NCBI RefSeq assembly: GCF_009914755.1
Contig: NC_060933.1
DNA: 64,000 bases
Origin: the human T2T-CHM13v2.0 reference genome, Homo sapiens
Direction: 5' to 3' (one strand)
Of this stretch, positions 48,612 through 62,438 are shown in pieces (position 1 is the stretch's first letter; every line of letters starts with the position of its first letter). Below the pieces are notes generated by a model. That model saw nothing but the letters and a program-made list of their open reading frames with translations. It searched no databases and was not told where the DNA came from. A program made the translations under genes and the position numbers.

Positions 48612-49367
48612 GATGGCTGTAGGTGCATGTTTATTTTGGGGTTCTCTATTCTGTTTCATTGGTCTTTGTGTCTGTTTTCATATTGCTACCATGCTATTTT
48701 GTCTATTGTGGCCTTAGGGTATAGTATGAAGTCAAGTAATGTGATGTCTCCAGCTTTGTTCTTCTTGCTTAGGTTTCCTTTGGTTGTCTGGGCTCTTTAA
48801 CTCTGTGAAAAAACGACATTGGTTGTTTCATAGGAACAGTGTTGAATGTGTAGGTTGCTTTTGGCAGTATAGCCATTTTAACAATATTGATCTTTCTAAT
48901 CCATGAGCATGGAATAGTTTTCCATTTGCTTTGTCATCTATGATTTCTTTCTGCAGTGTTTTGTTGTTCTCCTTTTAGATATCCTTTACCTCCTTGCTTA
49001 GACATATTCTTCTTTTATTTTATTTTATTTTGGGGGTTGCTGTTGTAAACAGGATTGCACTCTTGATTTACCTCTCAGTTTAAACATTTTTGGTGTACAG
49101 AAATGCTACTTCTTTCTATATGTTGATTTTTTTTATCCTGAAAGTTTGCTGAAGTTTTTTTTTATAAGTTCTAGGAACCTTTTGGCACAGTCTTTAGGGA
49201 TTTCTAGGTGTAGAATCATATCATCAGTGAAGAGAGATAATTTGACTTCATTTCCTATTTGGATGCCTTTTACCGCTTTCTCTTGACTGATTGCTCTGGC
49301 TAGGACTTGTTAAACAGGAGTGGTGAGAACAGGCATCCCTATTTTATTCCTGTTCATAAGGGGAATG
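48612..49367 (-). mobile_element. L1 (L1PB/L1P4-like) ORF2 fragment; integration target of the HML-1 provirus
   Basis: Antisense ORF2 ('gaagtcaagtaatgtgatg..ccagctttgttc', 'ccatgagcatggaat'); stops at 'gggaatg' directly before the LTR. Confidence 0.88.
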
Positions 49368-49631
49368 TGTTGGGAGAAAAGCTGAGGCAGGGCCATATAT
49401 TTCTCATTCACTTGATACACCATTTCCTTTCAACCCCTAAATCCTCACCACCTGTTTTTTTGAGCACCAACAAATAGCGTGGGCTCCCAGAGCTTGGGGA
49501 CTTTGCAGACTCCACACTCGTGATGGTCTCCTGGTCTCACTTTCTCTCTCAAACTGTCTTTTTCTCATTCCTTTGACTCTGCCGGACTTCATCACCCCCA
49601 TGACCTAGTGTTGGGTCTGATCACCCCAACA
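49368..49631 (+). mobile_element. 5' LTR of HERV-K(HML-1), LTR14A-like, internally deleted (264 bp)
   Basis: TGTTGGGAG...CCCCAACA inverted termini; matches recalled LTR14A; followed by a PBS. Confidence 0.85.
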
Positions 49632-51392
49632 TTCCTGGCGCCCAACATGGGGTGACAAAGACCCGGTGAAGGAAGCCTGGAGCATGTGAAAGCAGAGGAC
49701 ACAACATCAAAAGACACCCGAGGACATACAAAGATGGGGAATGAAATTTAGTACTTGGAATTTGTTATCACTCTTTAGTACAGTAAAGCAGTTTTGCCCA
49801 TGGTTTCCAGAACAAAGGACTATGAAGTTTGATGAATGGGAGAGAATTGGAAGAGATTTTTTAAAAGGCATATAAAGATGGAGCAGAAATTCCATTTCCT
49901 GTATGGTCAGTGTGGGCACTAATAAAGGCAGCCCTTGAGCCATTTCAAACATGATGAGGCAGAGGAAGGGTGAGTGTAAAAAACTAACTTCAAATTCTGA
50001 GTGTGGGGAGCAGCTACCAGAGGAGATTAAAGAAAAGAAAGAAAAACTTTAAAAAGTATGTTTTACTAGCCCGTTGGCTCCACCTGCTGAATAAAGTGAA
50101 TGGCCACCTCCTCTCTCTCCTCTAAATGGGTGAGAAAATAAATTAGCTGAAAAATTTACTGCTCCTGTAGTTACAACATTAAAACCTGGAGCAATTGGTG
50201 GTGGTAGACAAAATTCTATTCAAAAAGCTAAAGCCAAGGGAGACCTTGAAGCATGGCAATTTCCCGTTACTATAATCCAGCAAGTAGGACAGAATATAGC
50301 TAATTAGGCTGCTTTCTTTTTTAAGTTACTAAAGAATTTAAGCAAGCCATTAGTCAATATGGACTGAACTCTCTTTTAGTGCAAACTTTATTTAAAAATA
50401 TGGCTCTTGATAGTAGATTAGTACCATATAATTAGGATACTTTGACAAAACCTGTTCTCACTCCGGCTCAGTACTTGCAGTTTAAAACTTGGTAGGCTGA
50501 TGAAGCTCAAACTCAGGCAAAAGAAAACACAAGTGCAGCCACCTGTGCCTGTTTTCTTTGATCAGTTAATATGAGTTGGCCCTAACTGGGGTTGATTAGA
50601 GAATCAAGCACTAATGGAAGATGTTGCCATTGTTCAGCTGTGCTTCATGTGCTTACAGGCATAGAAAAGGATAAATGTTACAGGGGAAAAGTATCCTTAT
50701 TTCAGTTCTGTCTGACAAGGACCTAAAGAACCATATATTAATTTTATTGCTCAGCTCCAAGAGGCTGTGTATAAAGCCGTGAATGATCAAAACAGCTCAG
50801 GATGTTGTAATACAGCTTCTTGCATACAATAATGCTAATGCAGAGTGTCAAACTGCTATTAGATCCCAGACAGAGAGGGCCCATTTAACTAAATATATTA
50901 AGGCTTGCGATGGCATGGGAGATAACTTACATAAGGTTATTCTTTTAGCTCAGGCTGTGGCTAGATTAAGAGTAAGAAAAAATATGCTTCATTTCTCAGG
51001 CTCTTGCCTTAATTGTTGGCAAATTGGACACAAGAAAGGAATGTAGAAAGGAATTCAAAAGACGAAAACTACTACCATCAATCAACAGAAAAGTCCCAAT
51101 GTACGTCCCTGGTGTAAGAAAGGCAATCACTAGGCAAGTCCGTGTCATTCTAAATTTAGCAAAGATGGGCAACCTCTTTCAGGAAATAGGAAGAGGGACC
51201 CGCGTCAAGCCCCTCAACAAACTGAGGCATACCCAGCACAGCCACTGCCCTTACAAATGTACAGCAATTGTCCCCCGCCTCAGCAAGCAGTGCTGCTGTA
51301 GACCTCTACAGCACAATTCCCATCTCCTTACTTCCTGGGGAGCCACCAAAGAAGTTCCCCACAGGACTTAGGGCACCCTTACCCTGAGGAAT
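49632..51392 (+). pseudogene. gag: HERV-K(HML-1)/HERVK14-like internal: decayed gag plus start of dUTPase-pro
   Basis: FCPWFPEQ (MA), QGPKEPY..F (MHR), NANAECQ, two CCHC-like knuckles, then AAVDL..SLLPGEPPKK.PTG. The gag start appears deleted near 49725. Confidence 0.88.
49636..49653 (+). promoter_or_regulatory. tRNA-Lys primer-binding site
   Basis: TGGCGCCCAACATGGGG, close to the tRNA-Lys(CTT) PBS TGGCGCCCAACGTGGGG. Confidence 0.9.
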
Positions 51393-51905
51393 TGTTGGGA
51401 AAAAGCTCCCTCAAATCCGGCCATAAACTGGCCCCAAAACTGGCCATAAACAAAATCTCTGCAGCACTGTGACATGTTCATGATGGCCGTAACACCCACG
51501 CTGGAAGGTTGTGGGTTTACTGGAATGAGGACAAGGAATACCTGGCCCATCCAGGGTGGAAAACCACTTAAAGGCATTCTTAAGCCACAAACAATAGCAT
51601 GAGTGATCTGTGCCTTAAGAACATGCTTCTGCTGCAGTTAACTAGTCCAATCTATTCCTTTAATTCAGCCCATTCCTTCGTTTCCCATAAGGGATACTTT
51701 TAGTTAATCTAATATCTATAGAAACAATGCTAATGACTGGCTTGCTGTTAATAAATATGTGGGTAAATCTCTGTTCAGGGCTCTCAGCTCTGAAGGCTGT
51801 GAGACCCCTGATTTCCCACTTCACACCTCTATATTTCAGTGTGTGTGTCTTTAATTCCTCTAGCGCTGCTGGGTTAGGGTCTCCCCGACCGACCTGGTCT
51901 CAGCA
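51393..51905 (+). mobile_element. MER9 5' LTR of HERV-K(HML-3)
   Basis: TGTTGGG..'ggccataaactggccccaaaactggccataaacaaaatctctgcagcac'..AATAAA..'ggtctcagca'; 513 bp. Confidence 0.92.
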
Positions 51906-51907
51906 AG

Positions 51908-51929
51908 TGGTGCCCATTCATGGGGGCTC
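51908..51929 (+). promoter_or_regulatory. Degenerate tRNA-Lys PBS
   Basis: TGGTGCCCATTCATGGGGGCTC 2 nt after the LTR end. Confidence 0.7.
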
Positions 51930-52056
51930 GAATACAGGTCAAAGGATCGCTGAATCAACGATTGGAGAATGTGGAACTAGCTGGAGGACACCTGAGTACT
52001 CTTAAAGCAATCCCCGTGGTGAGTAAGAAGGGGAGCTCGGAAGCATCAGGGTAAAA

Positions 52057-53372
52057 TTGGGACAAGTGTGGGCTGTGGTTCGTTCTACCTTAGAACTTTT
52101 TCACACTGATGATGAGGAGGAAGGAGAGTATAACAAAGTAACAATAGAGGTTACAGACCAAGTTTATTTGCCACCTAAAGCTAAAGCAGAAAAGGAGGGA
52201 GAGGTTCATCCCTACCCTTCTGCACCCCCTCATTATTGTTTTGAAGAAAACGACCCTCCAGATCTTCTTTTCTGGAGGACACTGTGTGAAAAGTAGTTGC
52301 CCTGGTGACCGTTCGAGCAGCGCCTTGAGCGACTGCTCTTAGTTCTATTCAGGCAGGAATTCAGCAAGCTAGACAAAAGTGGGATTTAGAGGCTTGGCAG
52401 TTCCCTGTTAGAATACACCCCCCAGATCAACAGGGAAATATTATAGCTACATTTGAGCCTTTTCCTTTTAAATTACTCAAAAAATTTAAACAAGCTATAA
52501 ATCAGTATGGACCAGGTTCTCCTTTTGAAATGGGACCGTTTAAGAATGTTGCTGTTTCCAGTTGGATGATTCCTACTGACTGGGACACTATTACTCGAGC
52601 TTGTCTAACTCCTGCTCAGTTCTTACAATTTAAAACTTAGTGGGCAGATGAAGCTTCCATTCAGGCTGCTCGCAAAGCCTGGGCCCAACCTCAAATTAAT
52701 ATAACTTCAGACCAACTTTTGGAGGTTGGTGGCTGGGCTGGTTTACATGCACAAGTGGTCATGCAGGACGATGCCATAGAACAGCTTAGAGGAGTGTGCA
52801 TTAGAGCTTGGAAAAAATCACTTCATGTGGAGAACAATACCCTTCCTTTAGTGCTATAAAACAGGGACCAAGAGAAACATACGTGGATTTTATAGCTTGG
52901 TTGCAGGAGTCTCTTAAAAAGATGATTGCAGATTTGGCTGCTTAGGATATAGTGTTGCAGTTATTAGCTTTTGACAATGCTAATCTCTATTGCTAGGCTG
53001 CTCTGCGACCTATCAGAGGGAAAGCACATTTAGTTGATTATATCAAGACCTGTGATAGTATCAGAGGTAATCTACATAAAGCTACTTTGTTGGCACAGGC
53101 GATGGCAGGACTGAGAGTAGATAAAGGAAATACTCCATTTCCTGGATGTTGTTTTAACTGTGGGAAGCATGGTCATACTAAAAAGAATGTAGAAAAAAAA
53201 TCAGCGAGTCAGGCCACCAGATAGGGGAAAAAAGAAAACTGCTGATCCTGAAATATGTCCAAAATGTAAAAAAGGAAAACTTTGGGCTAATCAGTGTCAC
53301 TCTAAGTTTGATAAAGAAGGGAACCCGATTTCGGGAAATTCCCTGAGGGGCCCACCCCAGGCCTTGTTCTAA
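52057..53372 (+). pseudogene. gag: HML-3 gag, decayed, with matrix deletion
   Basis: (M)GQVWAVVRSTLELF, AWQFPV, QGPRETYVDF, CFNCGKHGH, CPKCKKGK.WANQCHSK. Confidence 0.9.
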
Positions 53373-53419
53373 ACCAGGGCATTTCCAGCTCAGGCCATTC
53401 CCTCACCCCCATACATTAT

Positions 53420-54280
53420 CTGTCCCCCACCACAGCCCATAGTGCCGCAGTAGATTTATGCTGCACAAAAGCTGTGAGCCTTCTGCCTGGGGAACCCCCA
53501 CAAAAGGTCCCAACAGGAGTCTGTGGACCATTGCCAGGAGGGACAATGGGATTACTTTTAGGAAGGTCTAGTTTAAGTTTAAAAGGGGTACAAATACACA
53601 CTGGAGTCATTGATTCAGATTACAATGAGGAAATTCAAATTGTGATATCTACTTCTGTTCCCTGGAAAGCACAGCCAGGAGTGCGCCTAGCACAGCTCCT
53701 GAGTGTGCCGTATGTGAGAATGGGAAAAAGTGAAATTAAATGAACTGGAGGATTTGGAAGCACAAATAAAAAAGGCAAGGCAGCTATTGGGTAAATCAAA
53801 TTACTGATAAACATCCTACCTGTGAAATAACTGTCCAGGGAAAGAACTTTAAAGGTTTGGTAGATACTATTTTTTTTTTTTTTTTTGGTAGAAGTGAACA
53901 TTTCAATCATTTCTCTACAGCACTGGCCATCCACATGGCCAATTCAGCCCACTCAATTTAACACAGTGGAAACTGCTAAAGCTCCAGAAGTGTATCAAAA
54001 TAGCTATATTTTGCACTGTGAAGGGCCCGATGGACAACCTGGGACAGTTCAACCAATTACAACTTCTGTACCTATAAATTTATGGGGGAGAGATTTATTA
54101 TGACAATGGGGAGCACAAGCTCTAATTCCATAACAATTATACAGCCCTCAAAGTCAACATATGATGCACGAAATGGGGCATGTCCCTGGTATGGGAGTAG
54201 AAAAAAAATTTGCAAGGTTTGAAAGAACTGCTTCAAATGGAAAGACAAATTTCCTGCCAAAGATTAGGATACCATTTTTG
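53420..54280 (+). pseudogene. pro: HML-3 pro (dUTPase + aspartic protease + G-patch-like end), disrupted
   Basis: GLLLGRSSL, GVIDSDY, GGFGST, FKGLVDT, PINLWGRDLL, MGHVPGMG. Confidence 0.9.
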
Positions 54281-55269
54281 ATGGTGGCCATTGTTAAGCC
54301 TCCAGAACCTATACCTTTAAAATGGTTAACAGATAAGCCAATTTGGATAGAATAATGGCTGCTAAGCAAAGAGAAACTGGATGCTTTAGAGAAATTAGTT
54401 ACTGAACAATTAGAAAATGGGCACATAGCTCCAAAATTTTCCCCTTGGAATTCTCCAGTTTTCATAATTAAGAAAAAATCAGGTAAATGGAGAATGTTAA
54501 CTGATTTAAGAGACATCAATTCAGTTATACAACCTATGGAAACATAACAGCCAGGATTGCCTTCTCCTACTATAATTCCAAAAAATTGGCCTTTAATAGT
54601 CACAGATTTAAAAGACTGTTTCTTTACTACCCTTTTAGCTGAGCAAGACTGTGAACTGTTTGCATTTACAATTCCTGCAGTAAACAACCTGCAGCCTGCT
54701 AAGCGTTTTCATTGTTTCACAGATGGGTCTAGTAATGGTAAAGCTTCTTATTCTGGATCAAAAGGTAAAGTTTTCCAGACACCCTATACTTCAGCTCAAA
54801 AAGCGGAGCTTGTAGCTGTAATTGAGGTGTTGACTGCTTTTGATATGCCTATTAATGTGATTTCTGATTCTTCATACATGGTTCATTCCACACAGTTAAT
54901 TGAAAATGCTCAGTTACGATTTCATACAGATGAACAACTGATAATAAAAACAAAGAAGGGGGAGAAACAGGGATTACGGGATAGCCCATACACAATTGAA
55001 TCTAGCATTATGAACTTTCAATTTTTTGAGCCTGCCCAAAGGCCAGATGTTATCAGCAGCTGAACAGCATCTACAGAAACCAGCTGCAAAGACAGAAGCA
55101 GAACAATTAGTTTGGTGGAGAGATCCAATAACAAAAAGGTGGGAAACGGGTAAAATAATAACTTGGCATAGAGGATATGCTTGTGTTTCTCCAGGACCGA
55201 ATCAATAACTGATTTAGATACCATCAAGACACCTGAAATTTTATCATGAGCCAGATGCTGAGGAAGAGA
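54281..55269 (+). pseudogene. pol: HML-3 pol with two large internal deletions; provirus ends here
   Basis: [28 protein letters not shown], then [18 protein letters not shown] (RNase H), then VWWRDP..W.RGYAC (integrase C-terminus). Confidence 0.9.
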
Positions 55270-55304
55270 TAAAAAGCACAATCATCATTGAAATTAGAGC
55301 TTCT

Positions 55305-55520
55305 GGCTGGGCGCTGTGGCTCACGCCTATAATCCCAGCACTCTGGGATGCCGAGGTGGGCGGATCACAAGGTCAGGAGATCGAGACCATCCTGGCTAAC
55401 ACGGTGAAACCCCGTCTCTACTAAAAATACAAAAAAAAATAGCTGGGTGATGTGGCATGCGCCTATAGTCCCAGCTACTCAGGAGGCTGAGGCAGGAGAA
55501 TGGTGTGAACCTGGGAGGCA
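55305..55520 (+). mobile_element. AluY-like, 3' part and tail missing
   Basis: Alu sequence stops at 'aacctgggaggca'. Confidence 0.93.
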
Positions 55521-55642
55521 AAACTTCAGGTTTTGCCAAGAATGACACTGTAAATGTAACAAAGCTTCTGTGCTTGTTAGTGAACACCAACTCAGCTACT
55601 CTCCTGTATTCGGAGATCAGGATGAAATGAAAAGAACAAGCA

Positions 55643-55943
<301 letters not shown>

Positions 55944-56657
55944 GACCCCCAACCTTGTCTAGACTGTGGGGTTTCAGTTTCACCCCAGGGGGGTCCTGGT
56001 TGGGTTAGAACCCTGAATCTGGTTTGAGTTCGAAACCTAAAGATTAAAGGGAATAAAGGCTGTAGCCACTGAACTACTCAATCTGGTCTGGTTCTGGCTT
56101 TTGTGTGTCTATCTGTATTTTTGGTCTAAATATTTGGCCCAACAGAGGTTAAAGGCTTTGATGTTCTCAGCAACAGCTTTGTGAGATCTCTAGTTTATCT
56201 CTGTGCTCAAATGGAACAAAGAGACTCCATAAACTAGAAAAACCTAAAGAAAATGGCACACGTGAAAAATTGAGAGCCAACTCCTGTTTGTTGTTCTGTC
56301 CACCTCCCTCTCTCACTCCTCCTCCTGCCTTTGCTGTGGTCCCATGGTGTTTCTGTCTTTCTGGGGAACTGAGATTCAGTGTAGGAGTGAAGTCCATGAT
56401 TTTAAAGCCTTCATGTCTCTGCTTTTTAACTCTGCCTGCTTTGCTGAGCTCTTATAATGAGAAATAAACCATTCAGAACAGAAACAACAGGGCATCAGAA
56501 AACCAACTTCAGGCAGCGCTCCAGCAAGTACCTCCCTAGAGGGGAAGGGCCTACTAAAGGAGATTTAATCTTGAAAAGGCCAAAATGAGAAGCTCTAACC
56601 TTAAGCTTGCTAGGTTTTCTGGGACTCGAGCTGGCTATATATTATGGACCATTCTAG

Positions 56658-56658
<1 letters not shown>

Positions 56659-56693
<35 letters not shown>

Positions 56694-56709
56694 ACACACA
56701 CACACACAC
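56659..56709. repeat. (CA)n microsatellite
   Basis: Read directly; one TA interruption. Confidence 0.95.
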
Positions 56710-57359
<650 letters not shown>

Positions 57360-57600
57360 TCTAGTGCACACTTTAAACCTGATGGCCAAATTACATGAAA
57401 GAAAATTCAGAACTCAAATAGTTACTATTATTAAAAACCCTAAAATGAAAAAGTCTCAGTTCTTTTGCCTATCTTTTTGTTTTCACTGCCTACTTTGAAT
57501 CTGCTGATTTGTCTACTGGTGTTGAGATAAGACTTACTGTCTGTGGTGTTACCAATTCAAGGTTACTTGCCTGAAGAAAAACAGAAGAATGAAACAATTC

Positions 57601-57916
<316 letters not shown>

Positions 57917-58395
57917 AAAAGAGTTCTTTTATAAATACAAATAATTTAAAAAGTATTGATAAAATAAAAATAGAAATGTCTTCAGAATTGTCAGCATACA
58001 TTTTTGACTGTGTTTTATATTTACATTTGCTAGATATTTTAAGGTGCTAGCGTTTGGCATGAAGGTTATAAAGCTATAAACACAGGAAAAAAGAATATTT
58101 GTTGATGTGATTTTTTAAATACATAAGACCAATTTAATACGGTTTGTTGAACAAAAATAATGGAATTTTCTGAGTTATTGGTAAAATACCCTTGTATTTA
58201 ACTTTGAAATCCTCACTTATGTGAACACCTGATATTCACAGGCTATAACATGGTTAACAAGAAAATAACCTAGAAATGATGACTAGCTTTGTCTAATACC
58301 TCAGTTCTCACAAATACTTTAGATAAACTGTCAAAAATAAGTAAATGTAAATGGATAAATGTCTATACAAGACATCTTAATGTATTTTTGAAATT

Positions 58396-58667
58396 TTTTT
58401 GAGCCAATGTCTCTGCCTGTCACCCAGGCTGAAGTGCAGTGGCATGATCACAGCTCATTGCAACCTTGACCTCCTGCACTCAAGGGATCCTCCCACCTCA
58501 ACCTCCCAAGAAGCTGTTAATTACAGGCATGCACCACCATGGTCAGCTAACTTTTATTTTTTTTGTAGAGTCAGCATCTCGCTATTTTGCTCAGGCTGGT
58601 CTCACGATACTCCTGCCTTGGCCTCATAAAGTGTTGGGATTACAGGTGTGAGCCACCATGCCCAGCC
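58396..58667 (-). mobile_element. Alu (AluJ-like)
   Basis: TSD TATTTTTGAAATTTT at 58383 and 58668. Confidence 0.93.
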
Positions 58668-58753
58668 TATTTTTGAAATTTTAGTTATGTTAAATTAAAT
58701 AATAGATACTCATTAAATATCTGGGTTATTTCCAATTTAAAACTTATGTTTTA

Positions 58754-59067
<314 letters not shown>

Positions 59068-60217
59068 CTAAATTATGAAATTATTCTCATATGTAAGATA
59101 GTGCTATATGACAATTCAAGATCTCTTGCTTCCTAAGTTTTTTATTAAAATAAGGGTTACTAAGTGTTAATATCTTGGTAGATATATGTGATTAAGACTA
59201 CTAGATACAAGAGAAACAATTCTGTATGCAAAATGTATACGGGTTTTTGTTTCAGAGAAAGTAAATTCGCTTAGAGATTTTTAAGGATTATTTTAAATTG
59301 AAGGAATAAAAAATATAGATAAAACTAAATGTGTATAAAAAGCTGGGAAAGATGGAAAAAATTATACAAGGTTATTAAAAGTTTATGTAAATCTTACCTC
59401 AAGGTCAAAACTGATTGAGATCAGATAGATTGTTTATAAAGTTTATTTAAATTAGCTGTAATATTAAAAACATAGTGATAAAAAACTAAAAATTTTGGTT
59501 AAAACAACAAGGTTTTCTTAATGTATTTATTTGCTCATAATAAGAGGTAATAAATATTGACTTTTAATCCTGAAATCTGTTACTATAAAATCTTTTCAGA
59601 TTTGTATATCGGAAGTTCAACGTTTCCTGTACTTTCATGTTACACATGACTCACAGATCACATCATTGTCTTCTGTTTCTTCTTGAGAAGGAATAAAAGG
59701 CTTGGGTTTCCTGCTTGGCTGGGATGATAACTCCTTCAGCTTTTTCATCAGGTCTAATTTTGTACTCTTGGCTTTTAAATATGTCCTAATTACTTCATGT
59801 AACCAGGAAACTTCCATGCTATCATTGTGAGCTATGGATCCCCACTGCTCTATGCTCTGGTTTTCCTGTTTACATTCCTCTGTAATATTATGTTCTCTCA
59901 TGACCCTGGACACACTCTTTCTATGTCTAATTAAATTCAAGTCTCCTTGTCATCGGGTTTGACTTCCAAGTGACTTAAATTAGCTTCCCATAAGAAGACA
60001 CAATTATGCCACAGGAGCTTTTACCCTTTAAATGACTGGCCTGTAATAAAGATTTTAGGTTTTATCAAGATAATCCATGTGTTGCCTTTATTGTTTTTTT
60101 AATTACTTGGGAAAACTGAGGGTTTTCAGTTTTCACATCCATGTAACCTTCTATGTTGCTTTTGACGTCTTTTGGTTGTCATGCTAATTAAATGAATGTT
60201 ATTTAAAAATGACATGT

Positions 60218-60527
60218 GGCTGTGTGCAGCGGCTCTTGTCTGTAATTCCAGCCCTTTGGGAGGCCAAGGTGGGTGGATCACTTGAGCCCAGGAGTTCAAG
60301 TCCAGCCTGGGCAAAATGGCAGAACCCCATCTCTACTAAAAATACAAAAGCTAGCTAGGTGTGGTAGCACGTGCTCATAGTCCTGGCTACTTGGGAGACT
60401 AAGGTGGAAGATCACCTGAGCCTGGGAGGTTGAGGCTGCAGTGAGCCATGATTTCACCACTGCACTCCAGCCTGGGAAACAGGGTGAGACCCTGTCTCAA
60501 AAAAATAATAAAATAAAAAACAATAAA
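60218..60527 (+). mobile_element. Alu (AluJ-like)
   Basis: 'cttgagcccaggagttcaag' and 'gaggctgcagtgagccatgat'. Confidence 0.93.
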
Positions 60528-60638
60528 CTGCCATTCCGTTTTGGTCAAATGTTTTCAATTTTTTGACATCTTTGCTAAAACTTAGTTGATAACATTGTAT
60601 GGGAAGCATTGCCAAAAGATAAGTAACACTAAATCTTC

Positions 60639-60933
60639 TTTTTTTTTTTCTCTGAGACAGAATCTTGCTTTGTCACCCAGGCTGGAGTGCTGTGGCATGA
60701 TCTAGGTTCACTGCAAATTCTGCCCCAAGGTTCAAGCAATTCTTCTGCCTCAACCTCCCAAGTAGCTGGGACTACAGACACGTGCCACCATGCCCGGCTA
60801 ATTTTGCATTTTTAGTAGAGACAAGATTTCTCCATGTTGGCCAGGCAGGTGTCGAACTCCTGACCTTTGATGATCTGTCCAACTTGGCCTCCCAAAGTGT
60901 TGGGATTACAGGCATGAGCCACTGTGCCCGGCT
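60639..60933 (-). mobile_element. Alu (AluS)
   Basis: TSD TAAATCTTCTTTT at 60630 and 60934. Confidence 0.94.
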
Positions 60934-61304
60934 TAAATCTTCTTTTGGTTACATTTATAGGTATGTTATTAATATAAATATTTTAAACGTCATATAAATT
61001 ATAAAAATCTAATATGGTATCAGTCATAATTTTGATGATGTTAAATATTTTCTAAAGTTGTATGTGTATAGATATATTATTAATATAAATATTCTAAAGA
61101 TTATATAAAATTTGTGGAAGTCTGATGGATCTGATGCGTTGCCATCAGTCATGATTCTGGCTGTTATCTTAAAATGCTACATATAATACAAATAACTAAA
61201 TTTTCTCGCGATTTGAGAACTTCCACTGGATTTTAACCAAAGGCTATTCTAAATTTTTGTCATCCACGGTGATTGATTAAAGTTCTTCTCTAAAACCCAT
61301 TACA

Positions 61305-61671
<367 letters not shown>

Positions 61672-62438
61672 TCATCTAAATTACTTTTAATGGAAAGGAT
61701 TCTGACAAGTTCTCTTAAATATGGTTTCAGATAACTTTGGGGATCATACCATTGGACTAGGAAAATCTTCCAGGACTCTAAAAAGCTGAATGAGAATTTC
61801 TAATTGAAATCAAGCAAAACACAAAAAACTGAATGAGAATTGCTATTTGAAATCAAGCAGAACAAGATTTAGTTACATGGGACTGAACTTATAAAAGAAG
61901 GAAAATATTTTATCCATGGCCCTTCCATTAGAAACATTGTTGATTCTCTTTATGTTTTGTTTTCCAAAGTCAAGAATTTTTTTTTCTTTTCAGCTATTTT
62001 TAACTTACAATACATTCGATAAACTACATTGTGAACAAAAATTTGAGCCATTTATCTGTCTCTCTAGCTGATTTCTCCAGAATTCAGACGCCATTCGTGA
62101 GCATTCTTAAATTATGGTAATATAATTATTTGCATAATTTCAATAAGAATCTGTTTTTGGTAACAAGATTCAATTGGAGACACTGTTTGTTTTATCAAGG
62201 CTTTAACTCGAATGGCAGATACAACCAGACCACTTTAAGGAATTGAGGTTGACTTTATAGCACCAATACAAAGCCCCTTAGAATGACTGGCTTGATGTCC
62301 TGTCTACAAAGGTCCTTTACAAAGTTGCTATCCTTGTGGTAAGAAGTAAAGAATGTCACTTTTTGAAGGGCCCAGGAACCTCAAGATATTTGGGGACCTT
62401 GAGAAGAGAGGACTACACCCATTCATTAAAGTATTACA

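Noticed and set aside
47841-49367. Opposed L1PB-like pieces suggesting a twin-priming inversion
   Set aside because: They are ~600 bp apart with unrelated LTR-like DNA between them, and the tail faces the inverted piece, which is the wrong geometry.
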